Source: Aquificaceae bacterium (lineage in GTDB: Bacteria; Aquificota; Aquificia; Aquificales; Aquificaceae). Taken from it: a stretch of 64,000 nt of DNA. The position numbers and the translations under genes were made by a program. A model generated the notes under the pieces. It saw only the letters and a program-made list of their open reading frames with translations, was not told the origin of the DNA and did not search any database. The stretch lies in contig JBEPZX010000002.1 of NCBI GenBank assembly GCA_041640635.1, forward strand, positions 32,001-96,000, read 5' to 3'. This document shows, in pieces, positions 61,325-64,000 of the stretch (its first letter is position 1; every line of letters begins with the position of its first letter).

Positions 61325-62425
61325 AATAATGTCCAGAAATAACTCTCTTAGTTTGTCCAAAACTCTTTCTTTCCCTAAGGTATTTCTTAACTGATTAAAG
61401 TCTTGAAGCATACGCTCTCTTATATGCTCGTCCAAAAGTATTTTCTTTGATTCTTCGTAAAGCTCTTGATCACTTAGCTGTATTACTTCAGGAATAGCTC
61501 CTTTGCCAAGAATAAGATTTGTAAGAGACACATACGGAACTTTAACTAATCTCTTACCTATCCAGTATGTTATAGGATTTACTCTGTAGTAAGTTACATG
61601 AGGACTACCCAATAAGCTGGCTTCTAAATCAGCTGTTCCACTAGCTACCAAAGATAATTTGGCGTACGCCATCGCATCATAAGATGGTGTATTAATATCC
61701 TTTGGTGTTATAACTTTTATGGGTAAGCCTTTTGTGTTTTTTTCTATAAAAGCTCTAAATGTCTCAAAAGTTGGTATGACGGCTGGTAGCTCAAACTCCT
61801 TCCACAACCTTTTGTACGCTTCCTTTACATACTCAAGATGTCTTCTAATTTCTGACCATCTACTTCCAGGCAGTATGGCAATATAGTTATCCATGCCTAA
61901 GAAATCTTTGAAGTCTTTTTCTTCTAAACTAGGTTTTGCTAAATCAACCAGTGGGTGACCTACAAAGTGAACATGGAAATTTTCTTTAGCATACTTTTTG
62001 TAAAACTCTACTTCAAAGGAAAAGAGAACTATCAAATGGTCTACATACCTTGCAATAACTTCTGCCCTCTTTTCTTTCCATGCCCAAACTTGTGGCGATA
62101 TAAAGTAGATAATTTTTTTTACTTTTCCCCTTGCTCTCTTCAAAAGAGGTATATTTAAAGCTGGCGCATCACAAACAATTAAAATGTCAAACTCATTTAT
62201 GTATCTCTCAAAGTCTCTATAAAATTTTAAAACCTTAGGAATTTTAGGTAATGCTTCCCATATACCTATCACAGAAAAATCTTCTAACTTCCCAAAACTC
62301 CTAAAACCTATAGATTCTAATGGCTCATCAGTTATGCCACAAAAATCTATACCTTTTACATCCTTGAAAATGTTATATAAGTAATTGCTTGCTGACCTTT
62401 CTGCTACAGATACAAAGACTTTCAT
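61316..62425 (-). CDS. lpxB: Lipid-A-disaccharide synthase
   Basis: [29 protein letters not shown]. Confidence 0.92.
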   Translation of the reverse strand: MKVFVSVAERSASNYLYNIFKDVKGIDFCGITDEPLESIGFRSFGKLEDFSVIGIWEALPKIPKVLKFYRDFERYINEFDILIVCDAPALNIPLLKRARGKVKKIIYFISPQVWAWKEKRAEVIARYVDHLIVLFSFEVEFYKKYAKENFHVHFVGHPLVDLAKPSLEEKDFKDFLGMDNYIAILPGSRWSEIRRHLEYVKEAYKRLWKEFELPAVIPTFETFRAFIEKNTKGLPIKVITPKDINTPSYDAMAYAKLSLVASGTADLEASLLGSPHVTYYRVNPITYWIGKRLVKVPYVSLTNLILGKGAIPEVIQLSDQELYEESKKILLDEHIRERMLQDFNQLRNTLGKERVLDKLRELFLDIILH

Positions 62426-62832
62426 AAAGCTTTAAAGAATGCTAAAAATCTGCCATCTGGTCTTCTTTCCACTCTTACACTTATGTCATCCATATTCATA
62501 AAGAAAGCATATGTTATCTCTACTCTTCCAGAGCTTCTGATGCTCACATATCGATCTGCATAAGCATTTTCCAAGGTATTTCTAAAAGTAGCTTTTAGGT
62601 ATGCTCCATCATGGTGTTCCATAATTTCTGTAAACACAATCTCCATATAGTTGTTATCTTCTACTGCCCATTTCCATAAGTTTTCATCCATTGTTATTTC
62701 TTCACTTACGCCCATTTCTATATCCTCAATATCCAGTTGAGGGATGATCTTTTCTACAAGTATTTTTATATCGTCTCTTAACTTTTCTACTTTGCTAAAA
62801 GCTTCCTTCCTATAATTTTCTTGTATGGGCAT
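62422..62832 (-). CDS. Hypothetical protein
   Basis: Acidic ORF overlapping the lpxB start; ATG 62832 has TATAAT 7 nt upstream. Confidence 0.6.
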   Translation of the reverse strand: MPIQENYRKEAFSKVEKLRDDIKILVEKIIPQLDIEDIEMGVSEEITMDENLWKWAVEDNNYMEIVFTEIMEHHDGAYLKATFRNTLENAYADRYVSIRSSGRVEITYAFFMNMDDISVRVERRPDGRFLAFFKAL

Positions 62833-62926
62833 AACTAGAATTATAAGCAATTTATAAATAACAAGACATACAAAACACGAGTATTATACATTATATTTCA
62901 ATTGTACCTTTAAAAACGGAGGTGCC

Positions 62927-63466
62927 ATGTTGGCAATACATAGATTTTTACCTTATATACTAATGCTAGTTTTTTCCTTAGGAAGCACAAGAGAAATTTC
63001 TAATGTTGATGAATCGCTAAGTAAGATATTTCCTAATGCACAGATAGAAGTGAAAAATATAGCTTTATCACAGGATCAATTGATAAATATAGAGAAAGTC
63101 ACAGGAGTTAAACTTAATTCTAAGGTACTCACTTGGTACATAGCTAAAAAAGGAAATCGGATAATAGGCTACGCATATGTAGATAAACATAAAGTAAGAA
63201 CAAAGCCTGAAACAGTCCTATATGCTATAGACCCTCAAGGAAGGATTTTGGTAATTGAGGTCCTAGCTTTTAATGAACCTCTCGAGTATATGCCAGAGGA
63301 AAACTGGCTAAAGAATTTTCAAGGAAAAACGTTGGATAAAGATGAACTTAAAATAAAAAGGGACATTCCTAACATAACAGGTGCCACAATAACAGCAAAA
63401 GCTATAACGGACAATACTCGCAAGGTTTTAGGTATTTGGCAAGTACTTTTTGGAGGAAGAAAATGA
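62927..63466 (+). CDS. Exported FMN-binding (RnfG/NqrC-like) domain protein
   Basis: GGAGG RBS, signal peptide, F.EP.EY, WL.NF.GK, flavinylation-type motif ITGATIT. Confidence 0.8.
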   Translation: MLAIHRFLPYILMLVFSLGSTREISNVDESLSKIFPNAQIEVKNIALSQDQLINIEKVTGVKLNSKVLTWYIAKKGNRIIGYAYVDKHKVRTKPETVLYAIDPQGRILVIEVLAFNEPLEYMPEENWLKNFQGKTLDKDELKIKRDIPNITGATITAKAITDNTRKVLGIWQVLFGGRK

Positions 63467-64000
63467 GATTCTTTGTAACTGCAAACATAAAGAAAAACAA
63501 ACCATTATATATTCTCGTATTGTTTCTTTTAGTTTTTTCCCTTTTTTACCTTGTAACTTCAACTTTAGAGTTCTATAGTAAGTATGGCTTTTCTTTCAAA
63601 TCTATATTTTTGTATTTCTATTCAGACTTTGAAATGCCAGAGAAACCATCCCTAGCATTAGTTTCTGAAAATATTCACATAAGCCTATTCATGGTTTCTT
63701 TCTTTTTATTGATAAATCTTTCATTGTTTAACTTGACAGGATTTTCCGATAGACTGAAGCCTATTGTGAATTTAGTTCTGAGTTTTTTTGGATTTACTCA
63801 TGCTATAAGCGATTTTCTAATATATTTACTCGGTCCATACCTCATACACTTAAAGCTCTTATCTTTCTTGCTTTTTATAACTCTTAGCCTATGCCTTGTA
63901 CTTTATACGTTACTTTACTTCTTGTTTGGTGAAGATAAAAATCCCGGACTATCTCTATTAAGGCTATCAGTAACTGCGTTTTTCCTTCTTTCCTTTTATT
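63463..64000 (+). CDS. Polytopic membrane protein, 3'-truncated by window edge (not in ORF track)
   Basis: ATG overlaps the upstream TGA; open to the end: MRFFVTANIKKNKPLYILVLFLLVF...SENIHISLF...GFTHAISD...; several TM helices. Confidence 0.75.
   Translation, partial: MRFFVTANIKKNKPLYILVLFLLVFSLFYLVTSTLEFYSKYGFSFKSIFLYFYSDFEMPEKPSLALVSENIHISLFMVSFFLLINLSLFNLTGFSDRLKPIVNLVLSFFGFTHAISDFLIYLLGPYLIHLKLLSFLLFITLSLCLVLYTLLYFLFGEDKNPGLSLLRLSVTAFFLLSFY

Noticed and set aside
62870..62910. Fur box upstream of the FMN-binding gene
   Set aside because: Only a loose AT-rich resemblance, with no convincing inverted repeat.

Overview
Gene-dense, AT-rich bacterial chromosome segment, most likely from an Aquificaceae (Hydrogenobacter/Thermocrinis/Aquifex-like) thermophile. 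That assignment is an inference from the ~50-aa SecA insertion, duplicated nuo clusters, housekeeping-context RusA, archaeal-type RNA ligase and ApgM, and short MetG. 1-12 kb holds the tail of one complex I cluster (nuoM-nuoN) running straight into a second (nuoA-CD-H-I-J-K-L-M-N, with no nuoB/E/F/G). 12-21.5 kb is housekeeping (ppx, secA, LysM/M23, upp, rusA, dapA, RluD-like). 21.5-33.2 kb is a metal-uptake region: a minus-strand TonB-dependent receptor/NapH-like Fe-S membrane protein/ExbBD-TonB/PepSY cluster, then argD, then a NikR-associated ECF Ni/Co operon with three His1-bearing exported proteins, one a probable outer-membrane barrel. 33-62 kb is mostly housekeeping (metG, smpB, Rnl3 RNA ligase, sfsA, pncA, smc, cysteine synthase, murC, recJ, mqnC, apgM, hisIE, rsmI, gyrB, tRNA-Glu, mazG, alaS, rpmE, prfA, lpxB). 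The window ends in an FMN-binding protein plus a truncated membrane protein. The most notable unexplained signals are: a candidate C-rich small RNA right after the RNA ligase gene, a sharp C-rich to G-rich flip inside nuoL, a NuoM paralog with Lys in place of the TM12 Glu, the two metal-uptake modules, and frequent -10 boxes placed 6-9 nt before start codons (possible leaderless mRNAs). No CRISPR array, rRNA or transposase was seen. All calls come from reading motifs by eye; no database search was run.
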